Positions 1-12,341 are shown, counted from the first letter of the stretch. The stretch: 64,000 nt of DNA from an uncultured Chloroflexia bacterium (GCA_963700285.1 CAVOXA010000006.1:1-64000), one strand, 5' to 3'. A program made the numbers and translations. The notes: a model not told the origin generated them from the sequence alone.

Positions 1-121
1 ATTGTTTTGGGGCTACTGAGGGGGTAGGGGGTCTAGAGCTCTGGCCTTATGGACCGCTTGCGGGCAGTTCTTGAACCCAGGTTCGTACGCAAATTCATTT
101 GCGCGCAAACTGACGTTTAGG

Positions 122-2852
122 CTACAGCAGGCCCAACTCGCGGGCGCGCGCGACGGCTTCGGTGCGCCGTTGGACCTGCAGTTTGTCGAAGATATACGCG
201 ATTGTGCCCTTTGACGGTGCTCAGGGCGAGGAAGAGTCGCTCGCTGATCTCGCGATTGGAGAGCCTGGGCGATGAGTCGGAGGACTTCCAGTTCACGGTG
301 GCTAAGGGCTCGATCAGGGGCTGGGCCGGTGGCAGGGGGCGATGAGTTCGCCTTCGCTGTTTCCTGGATCGGATGGTGGTTTGGCTATGCCAAGTTCTCT
401 CTGCTTCAAAGATGGCCAGCAACTTGGCGGTATAAGCCGGCATGATCCCCTGCGCGCCGCGGCGTCGGACAACGAGTTGCGCCATCGGGACCCCTCGTCG
501 ACAAAGATACGGATGAGGCCGCCGGCTCGGCCAGCGCCAGCGCGTCACCCAGCAGCTGTACAGCCTCGTCCTTCTCGCCATGTCGCCTGGAGGGCGACCG
601 CCTGGAGCACCATCACCTTGAGCCGTTCATCCGGCCATCCCTTGGCTTCCACCTCCTGGCGCAATGGCTCCAGCACCGCCAGCGCTGCGGTGGGGTCGCC
701 CTGGGCCAGAGAGTACGCGGGCCTGGCTGAGGGGGAGCTCGTGCGTCTGGGCCAGTTGCAGCGGCCGCCGCCAGGTCGCCCTGGTGAAGCAACGTCAAGC
801 ACCTGGGCGGCAGCGATCTCGGGCATCCGCAGCACGAAGTTATGCTGGCGTGCGGTCTGATCGGCCTGCGCCAAGATGGCGTCGCGCCGGCGCACATCTC
901 CCCGGGCAAGTTTCAGGCGGGCGAGAAACACCTCAGCAGACAATGAACCGGTCAATATCTCCATCATACTGCCGCGCCAGTTGGAGGCTCTGTTGCCCGT
1001 GCTGTTCGGCGGCATCCAGATCGTTCCATTCGTAGAATATTCGGGCCAGGCCAAGATACGCTTCGCAGGCGAACGGGCAGCGGCGGATCACCGCCAAGTT
1101 GCAGGACACGCCGGTAGGTCTCGGCCGCCAGATGGAGCTGGTTTGCCGATTCCTGTATCTGGCCCAGGCCGATGGTCGCCACTATGTGGAATGGTATTCC
1201 CGGACGCCTGGCTGATCGATAGGCTTCGGTATAGGCCTGCCCGGCGCGGCACGGTCACCCTGGAGAAGGCAGGCAAAGCCCAGTGTTCCAGGCAGCGGTA
1301 GTGCGGAAAGGCAGGTTGTCGGGGTGCAGATACTCCAGGGCGCGGCGCGACTGGGCAATGATGGTTTCTACCTGGTACTGAGTGACAGGCCAACATGGCC
1401 CGGACGGCGGCAATTTGTCCAATCAGGTCGCGGGTCTTGTCGTCCGGCTCGGCGCCTTGCAGGGCTGCTTCAGCAGCTTGTAGTTTCTCTTCGACGCCGG
1501 TCGTTTGGCCGGTAACCATCGACAACCTGGCATACATCACCCACAACGAAGGCCTGGCATCCAGTACTGTCGTCGGCAGCGACTCCAGCCAGTCCAGGAT
1601 AGAGGCCACCGCGCCACGAAAGTGCAGGGGAATCCCCTCTCCTTCAATCAGGCGCTCGGCGCGCTCAATATCATTGGCGGCAGCTGCATGGTGAAACGCT
1701 TCGATCTCCAGGCCATTCTCTTCATACCACTGGCTGGCACGGATGTGCAATTCATTCACGCGACTTTTCGCATCCTCTGTGGAGATGCGATGTTCTGGTG
1801 CAGTCGCTGCCGCAGCAAATCAGCAAAGAGATGGTGATAGCGGTACCAACGCCGCTCGTTGTCCAGGGGGACGATGAACAGGTTGGCGTGTTCCAGATAT
1901 TCCAGGGTTTCCTGCCCTGAAGTAGAGGATTCAGCCAAAACAGCATCACAAAGAGAACCGCACAGGCGCTCGAGGATGGAAGTGCGCAGCAGAAAAGTCT
2001 GAATGCTTTCGGACTGGCTGTTGCAGGACTTCTTCAACCAGATAGTCCAGCACGAAATGGTGGCTGCCGGTGAAAGATTGGATAAAGCTGGTGGCGTCTT
2101 TATGTCCCTGCATTGAGATGTCGCGCGCTAATTGCAGGCCGGCAATCCAGCCTTCGGTGCGGGTTTCCAGTGCGGCGATGTCTTCTGCCGAGAGGTTCAG
2201 GCCCATCACCTGGTTGAGAAATTCGGCGGCTTCGGAGGGGGTAAAACGCAAGTCGGCGACGCGCAGTTCGGTCAATTGGCCCCGGGCGCGCAACCGGGCC
2301 AGGGGTAGATTGGGATCCTCACGGGTGGCGATGACCAGGTGCATCTGTGGCGGCAGGTGCTCGAGCAGAAAGGTGAGGGCACGTCGTCGACGCGACGTTG
2401 ACACGTCGACCGGTTTGGCATCAATGACGTGGTAGTCGTCGAGGACGAGGACGAAATTGTCCGGGATGGTGGTGATTTCATTGAGCAGGGCCGTCAGAAT
2501 CGATTCGGTTGGCGGTGGCTGAGGGGATTGGAGCACACCCAACACCCCTTCCCCAATACTCGCCGCAATCGTCTGCAAAGCAGCGACGAGGTAAGCCAGA
2601 AAGCGGGTGGGGTCGTTATCCCCTTTGTCCAGCGACAGCCAGGCGGCGCGAACCTTTGGTTCGAGTCGCTCGCAACCGGCGACCCATTCGCTGACCAGCG
2701 TGGTTTTGCCAAAGCCGGCCGGGGCGGAGACAAGTGTCAACTTGCGGTCGCAGCCCTGCGTTCAGTCGCTCGATCAGCCGCGGGCGCGAGACCAGCTCGG
2801 GCCGGATGGGCGGAATATACAGTTTTGTCTGCAAGATCGGATACGGTTGCAT
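122..2852 (-). CDS. MalT-like (LAL/STAND) LuxR transcriptional regulator, copy 1, broken by several frameshifts
   Basis: Walker [43 protein letters not shown] region and C-terminal HTH (LSNREISERLFLALSTVKGH) spread over ORFs 2616-2858, 1946-2740, 1756-2037, 1088-1759, 545-1054, 117-581. Confidence 0.9.
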
Positions 2853-2892
2853 GAACATCCTTCGTGTTGCGTGACGATGGCCTCACGGTGCA

Positions 2893-2921
2893 AGTATATC
2901 ATGTCGCAGATGAGCTGTCAA
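2893..2921 (-). promoter_or_regulatory. sigma70-type promoter of MalT-like copy 1
   Basis: Minus strand TTGACA-17 bp-TATACT. Confidence 0.75.
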
Positions 2922-3055
2922 AGGGGATGCCACATCCACAGGAAACAAATCTCGCGCCAGTACCGCGAGCACGGTGCCTTGCTTATGACCAGATGCAGGA
3001 AAAGGGTAAGGAGGGCTGACACGGGACCTGGGACGAATCTGTAGGATTCACCGAA

Positions 3056-3559
3056 TTGCTCTCAGTGCAGGGACAGCAGTGCACGCAAACAATTGGCCCT
3101 GCCGGCCTATGTACGAAGGTTGATCCCTGTAATGTGCCCGTTTTTCTGGCTGGAGACAGTGAATTCGGCGCTGTACCCGTCATCCGCCAGCTGGGAAAGT
3201 GGCGCTGGGACTACGCGCTGCGGCAAAAGGCTAACCATCAAGTCAAACTCGCCACTAGCCGTACATGGCAGCGCTTTGGGGATTTGATCCAGAATCCTGG
3301 GCAGAGTATTTGGTTGGGCTCGGCTCTCTTGACGGCCAAGCATGCCTGCCCAGTCAACTTGTTGGCACACTGGAAAAAGGGCGAGGAATTGCCTTGGCTC
3401 TTGGCCACCAACCTGGCTACCGAGCAGGATACGCTGCGGGCGTATCGCCGCCGTATGTGGATTGAAGAGATGTTCGGAGACCTGAAAGGAAATGGATTCG
3501 ACCTGGAAAGTACGCATTTGCGTCATTTTGCTCGTCTGTCGCGCTTGACTCTGGCGTAG
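3056..3559 (+). mobile_element. IS4-like DDE transposase fragment
   Basis: AGDSEFG, WLLATNL and YRRRMWIEEMFGDLK (YREK-like) motifs; both ends missing. Confidence 0.8.
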
Positions 3560-3592
3560 AATTGCTCTCATACGTATTCCTCCAACACTTTG

Positions 3593-4579
3593 TTAGGTCT
3601 TGCTGGTCTGTTCCACAGTTATGATTACTTTTCCTTTGACGTGTCCTGCTTCAAGATACCGCAGAGCTTCAGGGACCTCACTTAACGGGTAACATCTATC
3701 GATAACAGGCACTACTTTGCCGGCTTCAAAAAGCTCGGTCAAGAGAGCCAAATCTTCACTGTTGTTTGGTTTCCACATCCCGATACCGATTTTCTTACTC
3801 CCGATCATTGAAATCAATGGTCCCAGAAACACGGCCTGGAAGATTGCAGCCGTGGAACCTCCCACAGGGACGAAAACTCCCTTGGGACTCAAAGCACGCA
3901 TGTAAGCAAACATCGAACGATAGTGCCACAACATCAAGAATCAGGTCATAACGCTGCCCACTCTTGGTAAAGTCTTCTTGCGTGTAATCAATGACCTGGT
4001 CTGCACCAATCGAGCGCAGCATGTCCAATTTCTCCGTGCTGTCCACACCAGTCACCTCAGCCCCAAAGTATTTGGCAAGCTGAACCGCAAACGTACCCAC
4101 ACCACCACCCGCACCATTGATCAAAACCTTATGTCCTGGCTGAATCGGTCCTTTATAGCGAAGCTTCTGCAAGGCGACAACCGCTGCTGTTGGTACGGCT
4201 GCTGCTTGCTCGAAGGTCATACTGGCCGGTTTCAGCCTGAGTGCTTCTTCAGGAATACATACATACTCGGCAAAAGTGCCACTACCAAGCGGAAAGGACA
4301 AGTCCCCCCATATCTCATCACCTGGCTGAAAGCGCTTGACGTTTCTGCCGACCGCTTCAACCCGCCCCGCTACGTCAGTTCCGAGTATCTTGTGCATCGG
4401 TCTTGTGGCGCCGCGATGCGGATCACGAACATACCTCTCAGGGTTTCCAAGTCGGCTGCATTCAGGGATGTCGCATGAACTTTGACGAGTGCTTCATCCT
4501 CCTTGGGAATGGGCCTTGCTACCTCTTTGAGCTGTAGAACGTCCGGTGATCCGTATCTTGTGCATACAATTGCTTTCAT
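3593..4579 (-). CDS. NAD(P)-dependent quinone oxidoreductase / MDR alcohol dehydrogenase family (frameshifted)
   Basis: MKAIVCTRYGSPDVL start, [33 protein letters not shown]; split over three ORFs. Confidence 0.9.
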
Positions 4580-4635
4580 CTGGGCCTCCATACTCACAAG
4601 AAAAGGCGATGTTTCGGCAGCACGCTTTGTCAGGT

Positions 4636-5602
4636 TCAGGTCTTGGTTTCCAGAGTGATCACCACTTTTCCTCGGGCGTGACCTTCTTCCAGGTACCGAA
4701 AGGCCTCAGGGGTCTCGCTCAGCGGGTACGTTCTGTCGATGACCGGTGTGACCTTTCCAGATTCAACGAGCTCCTTCAGAACAACCAGGTCCTGATGGTT
4801 CGGTATCGCAACAAACGGGCGCTCCTTGCTGGCGCACGAACGCTGACAATACGAACGCCTTGACCACGTAGCCCATGCCAGCATGGCCGGTGTTAGGTAA
4901 GAGAGTTCCCTGGGGGGTGAGCGCGCGTCTGCAGTCTGCAAACGAATGGTTCCCCACATTGTCGAGGATGAGATCGTAGCGCTGTCCACTTGACGTAAAG
5001 TCCTCTTGGGTGTAGTCCATGACATGGTCTGCGCCGATAGATCGAACCAGGTCCACGTTCCTCGTGCTGCAGACGCCGGTCACTTCCGCTCCGAAGGACT
5101 TGGCGATCTGCACGGCAAAGGTCCCCACGCCTCCCGACGCACCGTTGATCAAGACTTTCTGACCTGGCTGTAGCTTTCCCGCATCGCAAAGGCCGCGGAG
5201 GGCAGCGACCGCCGAGGTAGGTATGGCCGCGGCTTGCTCAAACGTGAGGTTGGCCGGCTTCAGCACGAACTTGTCTTCTCCGGCACATGCATACTCGGCG
5301 CAGGCGCCGTTGCACACACCGAATACCTCGTCACCTGGTTGTAACCCCGTCACGTTCTTGCCGACCGCCTCAACGTGCCCTGCCACATCACGTCCCGGAA
5401 CATAATTCTTCCTTGGCTTGAGCAGCCCGATAACCAAACGCACGGCGACCGGCATGCCCCTCATGGCGAAATAGTCCCCTGCGTGGACGGCAGCCGCGTG
5501 AACGCGTACCAGCACTCTGTCATCCGTGACCACCGGCTTGTCGATTTCCTTGAGTTCGAGGACATCCGGTGAGCCGTATTCGTTCTGAACGATCGCTTTC
5601 AT
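4636..5602 (-). CDS. NAD(P)-dependent quinone oxidoreductase / MDR family (one frameshift near 4850)
   Basis: [41 protein letters not shown]. Confidence 0.9.
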
Positions 5603-6585
5603 GAGTATTCCTCCTGATTTGTTTTGTTATTATGCTCCACAGTGATGACGACATTTCCCTTTTTGTGCCCTTCTTCGACATACCGGTGAGCCTCGGCCAT
5701 CTGTTCCAGCGGATAGCGCCTATCGATGACCGCTTTTATCTTTCCCGCCTCAATCAACTCTTTGAGGAAGAGCAGGTCTTTCGTCTTTTTTTCTGCCGAC
5801 CTCAGACCCGTGGCCGCGAACTTGGCCTTCTTGCCACCTGCTATAGATGTCCATAACACTTGAAGCATTGTCCTCGGCATGGGGACCGTGGTTAGATACA
5901 CTCCACTTTCCGTCAGTGAGCCTTTGCACCCTGAAAACGAACACTTGCCTACCGTGTCAAAAATGATGTTATACGTCTTGCCGTTTTCGGTAAAATCCTC
6001 TTGGGTGTAATCAATCACCTGATCGGCTCCCAAAGACTTGACCCATTCCAAATTCGTGGTGCTGCATACCCCAGTCACCTCTGCTCCATAGTACTTGGCC
6101 AGTTGTACCGCAGCAGCGCCAACCGATCCAGAAGCGCCATAAATCAGCACGGTTTGTTCACTCTGGATATTGCCCTTATCTCGAAGGAAAGGCAGTGCGG
6201 TTAATGCCCCATTCGGAACGCTGGCCGCTTCCTCATAGCTCATATTGGCCGGCTTCAGGGCCAGCGCCCCGTCTTCAGGCATACATTTGTATTCTGCATA
6301 CGCGCCAAACGCGCCGATGCCAAATACTTGGTCGCCTGGCTTGAATCGGGTCACATCTCTGCCTATGGCTTCAACCTCCCCGGCCAGCTCTTGCCCCAGT
6401 ATCGGGTTTCTGGGTTTCCGAAAACCGTTGAAACCCGGGGAAGCTCTCATGTCTGGGTCTTCTTTTACGACGGTTGTCGCATATATTTTTATCAGCACTT
6501 CATTGTCTTTGGGCGTGGGCTTTGCCACCTCTTGGAGCTGAAGAACATCTGGCGGGCCAAATCTTGTGTATACGATTGCTTTCAT
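5599..6585 (-). CDS. NAD(P)-dependent quinone oxidoreductase / MDR family
   Basis: Intact 328 aa ORF with [16 protein letters not shown] and [10 protein letters not shown]. Confidence 0.92.
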   Translation of the reverse strand: MKAIVYTRFGPPDVLQLQEVAKPTPKDNEVLIKIYATTVVKEDPDMRASPGFNGFRKPRNPILGQELAGEVEAIGRDVTRFKPGDQVFGIGAFGAYAEYKCMPEDGALALKPANMSYEEAASVPNGALTALPFLRDKGNIQSEQTVLIYGASGSVGAAAVQLAKYYGAEVTGVCSTTNLEWVKSLGADQVIDYTQEDFTENGKTYNIIFDTVGKCSFSGCKGSLTESGVYLTTVPMPRTMLQVLWTSIAGGKKAKFAATGLRSAEKKTKDLLFLKELIEAGKIKAVIDRRYPLEQMAEAHRYVEEGHKKGNVVITVEHNNKTNQEEYS

Positions 6586-6612
6586 GCGTTTCCTCCGAGA
6601 TTATTCTTGAAA

Positions 6613-6653
6613 TCGGAGTATTGGAGGGGTGAGTACCCTCTCCAATACTCCGA
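6613..6653. repeat. Intergenic stem-loop (14-bp perfect arms)
   Basis: TCGGAGTATTGGAG ... CTCCAATACTCCGA. Confidence 0.7.
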
Positions 6654-6703
6654 CTCGCTTTAGGCATGAGTTCGCACAGGTTTCTGTGGACAGATTCGGC
6701 TCT

Positions 6704-7357
6704 TTAGGCCGCCGCGCTGGGGCTACGGCGCAACATACGATCCCCAGCCATACGAACCACACGATCTGAACCAGCCCAAAAATCATCCCTACCTCGCCGA
6801 GCCCCGGCAAAGCCGAGAGGATGCCCGCCACACCGATCACCAGGCCAAGGTAGTTCAGTGCCTTGGGAAGCCCTCCTGCCCGCAAAGCTGCCCAACTTAT
6901 CAGTAGAATCCATAGGCCGCCCAGAATCTCATTCCCGCCGCCTATTCCATTACACACAGATTCAATCGCCAACCAGACCGTCGTAGCTTGAGCCGGGTCT
7001 TGGCCATAGAGATCGACGACAGTGTCCATGCCGATATTCCAGATCATGCCGCTGGCAATGACCACGGTGGCCCAGATCATCCCGATGACGGTCGCTGTCT
7101 GCATCATTGCCGGCGAGCCGGCCTTCAACCGCTCGTAGAGCGCCAGCGCCAGGACAACCAGAAACGATGGCCCATACCTGATAGACGATTAGGTACAGTA
7201 TGTGCAGGCTGACCTGGTTGTCCATGAGTACAGCCATCTGCTGGACAGGGTCGTCCGGCCAGCCCACTATGAGGCCAAAACCCAACATACCCACCACGTA
7301 TGCTGCTCCCGCGTACAGTGCGGCAATGCCGCCCATCTTTTGTAAATTCTTCATCAT
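6704..7357 (-). CDS. DUF4386-like multi-TM membrane protein (frameshifted)
   Basis: MKNLQKMGGIAAL start, GGGNEILGGLW, LPKALNYLGLVIG; spans ORFs 7125-7370, 6962-7357, 6601-7128, 6704-6913. Confidence 0.7.
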
Positions 7358-7403
7358 TTATCTCCTTCATTCATTTTATTGATAGTTTGTATTGAAATCA
7401 ATG

Positions 7404-7613
7404 TCATTCCCAAGTCACGCACTTTTTTAGCAAGCCATGCAACGCGGCCTGGTCGACCACCGGGCCGGTTAAAAGCGTATCGCCGTTGTCTTCCAGCGTG
7501 ATGGTCAGGCCCTCAAACCAGTCTGTCCACTGAGAACCCAGATGGCCCTTGATCCTGATCTGATAGACCATGGGTTGACTTGGATCAGTTTTTGGATCGC
7601 GTTTGTTTGACAT
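7404..7613 (-). CDS. Small conserved ACT-like protein typically adjacent to MalT-like LuxR genes (3' end probably frameshifted)
   Basis: YQIRIKGHLGSQWTDWFEGL...GPVVDQAALHGLL. Confidence 0.8.
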   Translation of the reverse strand: MSNKRDPKTDPSQPMVYQIRIKGHLGSQWTDWFEGLTITLEDNGDTLLTGPVVDQAALHGLLKKCVTWE

Positions 7614-7673
7614 TACCCTGTACCTTCTGTGGTCGCGTCATAACCGTCTGTACCACTTGCTCAATGTACAAGC

Positions 7674-7731
7674 AGTATATCGCCAACACGGTGTTGCCGT
7701 ATAGACACTTTGGTGTTGATTGGTGGTGTTG
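7674..7731 (-). promoter_or_regulatory. Putative activator-dependent promoter with three CAACACC boxes
   Basis: GGTGTTG at 7690, 7712 and 7725 (plus strand); -10 TATACT at 7674-7679; no consensus -35. Confidence 0.55.
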
Positions 7732-7776
7732 TTTTTAGCTGCTGAGGGGATGAATGCTGAGGAATCTCGGTATTGG

Positions 7777-10491
7777 CTACAACAGACCCAACTCGCGGGC
7801 ACGCGCGACAGCTTCGGTGCGGCTTTGAACTTGCAGTTTGTCAAAGATTCTGCGGTTGTGCCCTTTGACCGTGTCCAGGGCGAGGAAAAGCCGCTCGCCA
7901 ATCTCACGATTCGAGAGTCCCTGGGCAATGAGTTGTAGTACTTCTAACTCGCGTTGGCTCAATGGCTCGATCAAGGGGCTGGGCAGGTGAGGCAGGGGGC
8001 AGGATTTGTCTTCGCTCTTCCCTGGGCTGGCCGCAGGCCAGCCAGGCCAGGCTGCTCCTCCGCTTCAAAGACAGCCAGCAACTTGCCGGTATAGTCCGGC
8101 ATCATCCCGCGAGCGGCTGCTTCGGACAACAGCTGAGCCATCGGCAGCCCTTCGTCCACAAAGAGACGGATGAAGCCGCCCGGCTCGGCCAGCGCCAGCG
8201 CCTCACCCAGCAGTTGCACAGCCTTGTCCTTTTCGCCATGCGCACGGTAGAGCGACCGCCTGTAGAACCATCACCTTGAGCCGTTCATCCGCCCAACCCT
8301 TGGCTTCCATCTGCTGGCGCAATGGCTCCAGCACCGCCAGCGCTGCGGACGGGTCTCCCTGGGCCAGGTGTACCCGGGCCTGGCTGATGGGGAGTTCGTG
8401 CGTCTGAGCCAGATGAGCGGCTGCCGCCAGATCGCCCTGTCGAAGCAGGACAAGCACTTGTGCGGCAGCAACCTCAGGTATCCGATGCACAAAGTTATGC
8501 TGGCGCACGGACTGCTCGGTCTCCGCTAACATCGCGGCCGCGCCGGCCACATCTCCCCGGGCCAGTTTCAGGCGGGCGAGAAACACCTCACAGACAACGA
8601 ATCTGTCAGCGTTTTCTGACTGCCGCGCCAGTTGGACGCTCTGCTGCCCGTGTTGTTGGGCGGCATCCAGGTCGTTCCATTCGTAGCATATGCGGGCCAG
8701 ACCAAGATGCGCATCGCTGGCAATCGGCAGCGGCTGATCACCAAACAGTTGCAGGACGCGCCGGTAGGTCTGAGCTGCCAGATGGAGCTGGTTTTCTGAT
8801 TCCTGTAGGCTGCCCAGGCCGATTGTAGCCGCTATGGTGGTGATGATATTCCCAGACGCCTGACTGATGGAGATGGCTTCGGTATAGGCCCGGCTGGCTG
8901 CGGCACGGTCTCCCTGGAGATGGTAGGCATACCCCAGCTTCCAGATGGTGAAAGTGCGGAAAGACAGGTTGTCGGGGTGCAGATACTCCAGGGCGCGGTG
9001 CGACAGGGCAATGCTGGTTTCCACCTGGTACTGATTGAGAGCCAACGTGGCCCGTATGGCGGCAATACGCCCTATAGTATCCCGGGTCTTGTCGACAGGG
9101 CCCTCGACTTCGCTCGGGACATGCCCGGCGCCTTTCAGGGCTGCTTCGGCAGCTTGTAGTTTCTGTTCAGCAGCAGTCTGTTGGCCAGAAACCAGTAACA
9201 CTGAGGCATACGTCGTCCACAACGAGGGATTGGCATCCAGTACCGTCGTTGGCAGCGACTCCAGCCAGTTCAGCACAGGAGCCACCGCGCCGCGAAAGTG
9301 CAGGGGCATCCCCTTTCCTTCAATCAGGCGCTCGGCGCGCTCAACATCATTGGCGGCAGCCGCATGGTGAAAAGCTTCAAGCTCCAGGCCATTGTCTTCA
9401 TACCATGGCTGGCACGGATGTGGTATTCGGCCACGCCTCCCTCTTCATTCCCTGAAGATGCGCTTTGCTGCAGCCGCTGCCGCAGCAAATCGGCAAAGAG
9501 ATGGTGATAGCGGTACCAACGCCGCTCGTTGTCCAGAGGGACGATGAACAGGTTGGCATGTTCGAGATATTCCAGGGTTTCCTGCCCGGAAGCAGATGGG
9601 TCGAGCAGAACGGCATCACAAAGGGGGCCGCACAGGCGGTCGAGGATCGATGTGCGCAGCAAAAAAGTCTGGACGCTTTCGGACTGCTGTTGCAGGACTT
9701 CTTCAACCAGATAGTCCAGCACGAAATGGTGGCTGCCGGTGAAAGATTTGATAAAGCTGGTGGCGTCTTCATGTCCCTGCATCGAAATCGCGGCTAATTG
9801 CAGGCCGGCAATCCAGCCTTCGGTGCGGGTTTCCAGTGCGGCGATGTCTTCCGCCGAGAGGTTCAGGCCCATCACCTGGTTGAGAAATTCAGCGGCTTCG
9901 GCGGGGGTAAAACGCAAGTCGGCGACGCGCAGTTCGGTCAATTGGCCCCGGGCGCGCAACCGGGCCAGGGGTAGATGTGGATCCTCACGGGTGGCGATGA
10001 CCAGGTGCATCTGTGGCGGCAGGTGCTCGAGCAGAAAGGTGAGGGCATTGTCAACCGGTTTGGCATCAATCACGTGGTAGTCGTCAAGGACGAGGACGAA
10101 ATTGTCCGGGATGGTGGTGATTTCATTGAGCAGGGCCGTCAGAATCGATTCGGTTGGCGGTGGCTGAGGGGATTGGAGCACACCCAACACCCCTTCTCCA
10201 ATACTCCGCCGCAATCGTCTGCAAAGCAGCGACGAGGTAAGCCAGAAAGCGTGTGGGGTCGTTATCCCCTTCGTCCAGCGACAGCCAGGCGGCCGGTCGT
10301 TCGTCGCAACCGGCGACCCATTCGCTGACCAGCGTGGTTTTGCCAAAGCCAGCCGGGGCGGAGATGAGTGTCAACTTGCGGCCCGCAGGGAGCCCTGCGT
10401 TCAGTCGCTCGATCAGCCGCGGGCGCGAGACCAGCTCGGGCCGGATGGGCGGAATATACAGTTTTGTCTGCAAGATCGGATACGGTTGCAT
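7777..10491 (-). CDS. MalT-like (LAL/STAND) LuxR transcriptional regulator, copy 2 (frameshifted)
   Basis: Same motifs as copy 1; C-terminal LuxR HTH EPLSQRELEVLQLIAQGLSNREIGERL; ORFs 10123-10497, 9324-10346, 8203-9309, 7971-8219, 7777-7974. Confidence 0.92.
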
Positions 10492-10531
10492 GAACATCCT
10501 TCGTGTTGCGTGACGATGGCCTCACGGTGCA

Positions 10532-10560
10532 AGTATATCATGGCGCAGATGAGCTGTCAA
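10532..10560 (-). promoter_or_regulatory. sigma70-type promoter of MalT-like copy 2 (part of the conserved end module)
   Basis: TTGACA-17 bp-TATACT. Confidence 0.75.
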
Positions 10561-10608
10561 AGGGGATGCCACATCCACAGGAAACAAATCTCGCGTAGGT
10601 GTTAGCGT

Positions 10609-10670
10609 AAGCCGTGCAGTCAGCGGGAACCCAGACGTATTGGGCAGTGCCTCCCATTTTGAGAAGATGC
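10609..10670 (+). repeat. Conserved junction motif J1 preceding a yyaL 3' fragment (putative attachment site)
   Basis: AAGCCGTGCAGTCAGCGGGAACCCAGACGTATTGGGCAGTGC-ct-CCCATTTTGAGAAG; homologous to 13987, 16822 and 28126. Confidence 0.7.
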
Positions 10671-11897
10671 TTTATGACAATTCCCACTTGGCCCGCGTGT
10701 ACCTACACGCCTGGCAGGTCACCGGCGACGAGTTCTTCCGGACCATTACTGAGGAAATCCTCGATTATGTCATTCGGGAAATGACCGATCCTGCCGGAGG
10801 CTTCTATTCCACGCAAGATGCCGACAGCGAGGGCGAAGAGGGCAAGTTTTTCGTCTGGACGCCGGATGAGATCCGGGAGGTTCTGGGCAGATGAGGCAGA
10901 GGATTTCATGGCTGCCTACGGTGTGACACGCCACGGCAACTTTGAGGGCAAGAACATCCTCGAGTTTGTGGGTGACATGAACCAACGAGCTACCCTGACC
11001 GAGGCCCGCCGCGCGCTGTTCGAGGCGCGAGAAAAGCGCGTGCGCCCAGGACGCGACGAGAAGGTCCTGACGTCGTGGAACGGTCTTATGCTGGCCGCTT
11101 TTGCCGAGGCGGCGCGGGCTCTGGATCGCGATGACTACTGCCTGGTCGCTGAGCGCAACGCTGATTTCCTCCTCCGTGAGCTGAGACAGGGGAATGGTCG
11201 TCTGCTGCGGACGTGGAAACGTCGTCCTGAGCATGCCGAAGGAGCAGGCGAGGCCAAGCTCAACGGCTACCTGGAGGACTATAGCTACCTCATCGAGGGC
11301 CTGCTGGAGCTGTACCAGACCACCTTCGATCCCCGATGGTTTTTGGCAGCCCAAGAGCTGGCCGAGACCATGATCGCTCACTTCCAATCACCTGAAGGTG
11401 CGTTTTACGATACCAGCGATGACCACGAGACCCTGATCACCCGGCCTCGCGATCTGCAGGACAACGCCACGCCTTCAGGCAATGCGATGGCCGTCACCGT
11501 CCTGCTGAAAATGGCCGGCTTCACCAATGATCTACGTTATGTCGATGTAGCCCACCAGGCACTGGCTCAGATGCAGCCGATGATGAGCCAGTACCCGTTG
11601 GGCTTTGGCCAGTGGCTCCAGGCGCTCAGCTATGCCCTTTCCAAGCCGCGAGAGATCGCCATTGTCGGTGATCCTGGCTCTGCTGAGACACAGGCTCTTC
11701 TGAGCGTCGTGCGCGATGGCTACCTTCCCTTTCAGGTGATAGCCTTGGCAAAGCCCAATACCGACTCCCTGGCTGTCCCGCTCCTGCAAGATCGAGGACT
11801 GGTGAACGGGCAAGCCGCAGCCTACGTGTGCCGTGATTTTACGTGTCAGGCGCCGGTAACCGAGCCGCAGGCGCTGTTGGCACAGCTACAGGGTTAG
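10653..11897 (+). pseudogene. yyaL: yyaL/DUF255 thioredoxin-domain protein, 3' half (fragment 1)
   Basis: [73 protein letters not shown]; no N-terminal thioredoxin part. Confidence 0.9.
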
Positions 11898-12021
11898 CGG
11901 CAGACGTGGCGGGCCTACCTGCATCCAACAGGCATGCTCCGTTGCGGCAGCTTGACGACTGGCCCATCGTGCATCTGTTCGGATCCAAGACCCGCCAGGT
12001 CTCTTATCAGAGGAGGTTCCT

Positions 12022-12339
12022 ATGTCGGCAAGTGATGACACGGTTATCGTCGAGAACGTCAACGTTACGGGAAAGACGTCTCGCGTGAACGCCGCCAAGT
12101 ACCACGCTATGAGACAGGCCATGCTCCAGGTTCTGCCCTGGGCACAGCCCGGTCTAACGCAGGCCGAGATCCGTGAGGCGGTGGTTCCCCACCTCTCACA
12201 GGACCTCTATCCCGGTGGCGCAACAGCAGGCTGGTGGGCCAAGACGGTCCAGCTCGACCTGGAGGCCAAAGGCCTGGTGATCCGCGAGCCGACCAAGCCC
12301 TTGCGCTGGCACCAGGAGCAGGGGCTGGACAGCGCCTGA
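12022..12339 (+). CDS. Small conserved protein (DUF6958-like)
   Basis: RBS GAGGAGG; GWWAKTVQLDLEAKG motif. Confidence 0.7.
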   Translation: MSASDDTVIVENVNVTGKTSRVNAAKYHAMRQAMLQVLPWAQPGLTQAEIREAVVPHLSQDLYPGGATAGWWAKTVQLDLEAKGLVIREPTKPLRWHQEQGLDSA

Positions 12340-12341
12340 GC

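Noticed and set aside
2381-2410. GTCGAC-rich insertion in malT copy 1
   Set aside because: It looks like a local short tandem duplication blurred by indel errors and does not match the 24-nt element.
11892-11901. GTTAGCGGC at the end of yyaL fragment 1 (and GTTAGCG at 10601) as integron core sites
   Set aside because: No matching attC hairpin or complementary cassette end was found; such 7-mers occur by chance.
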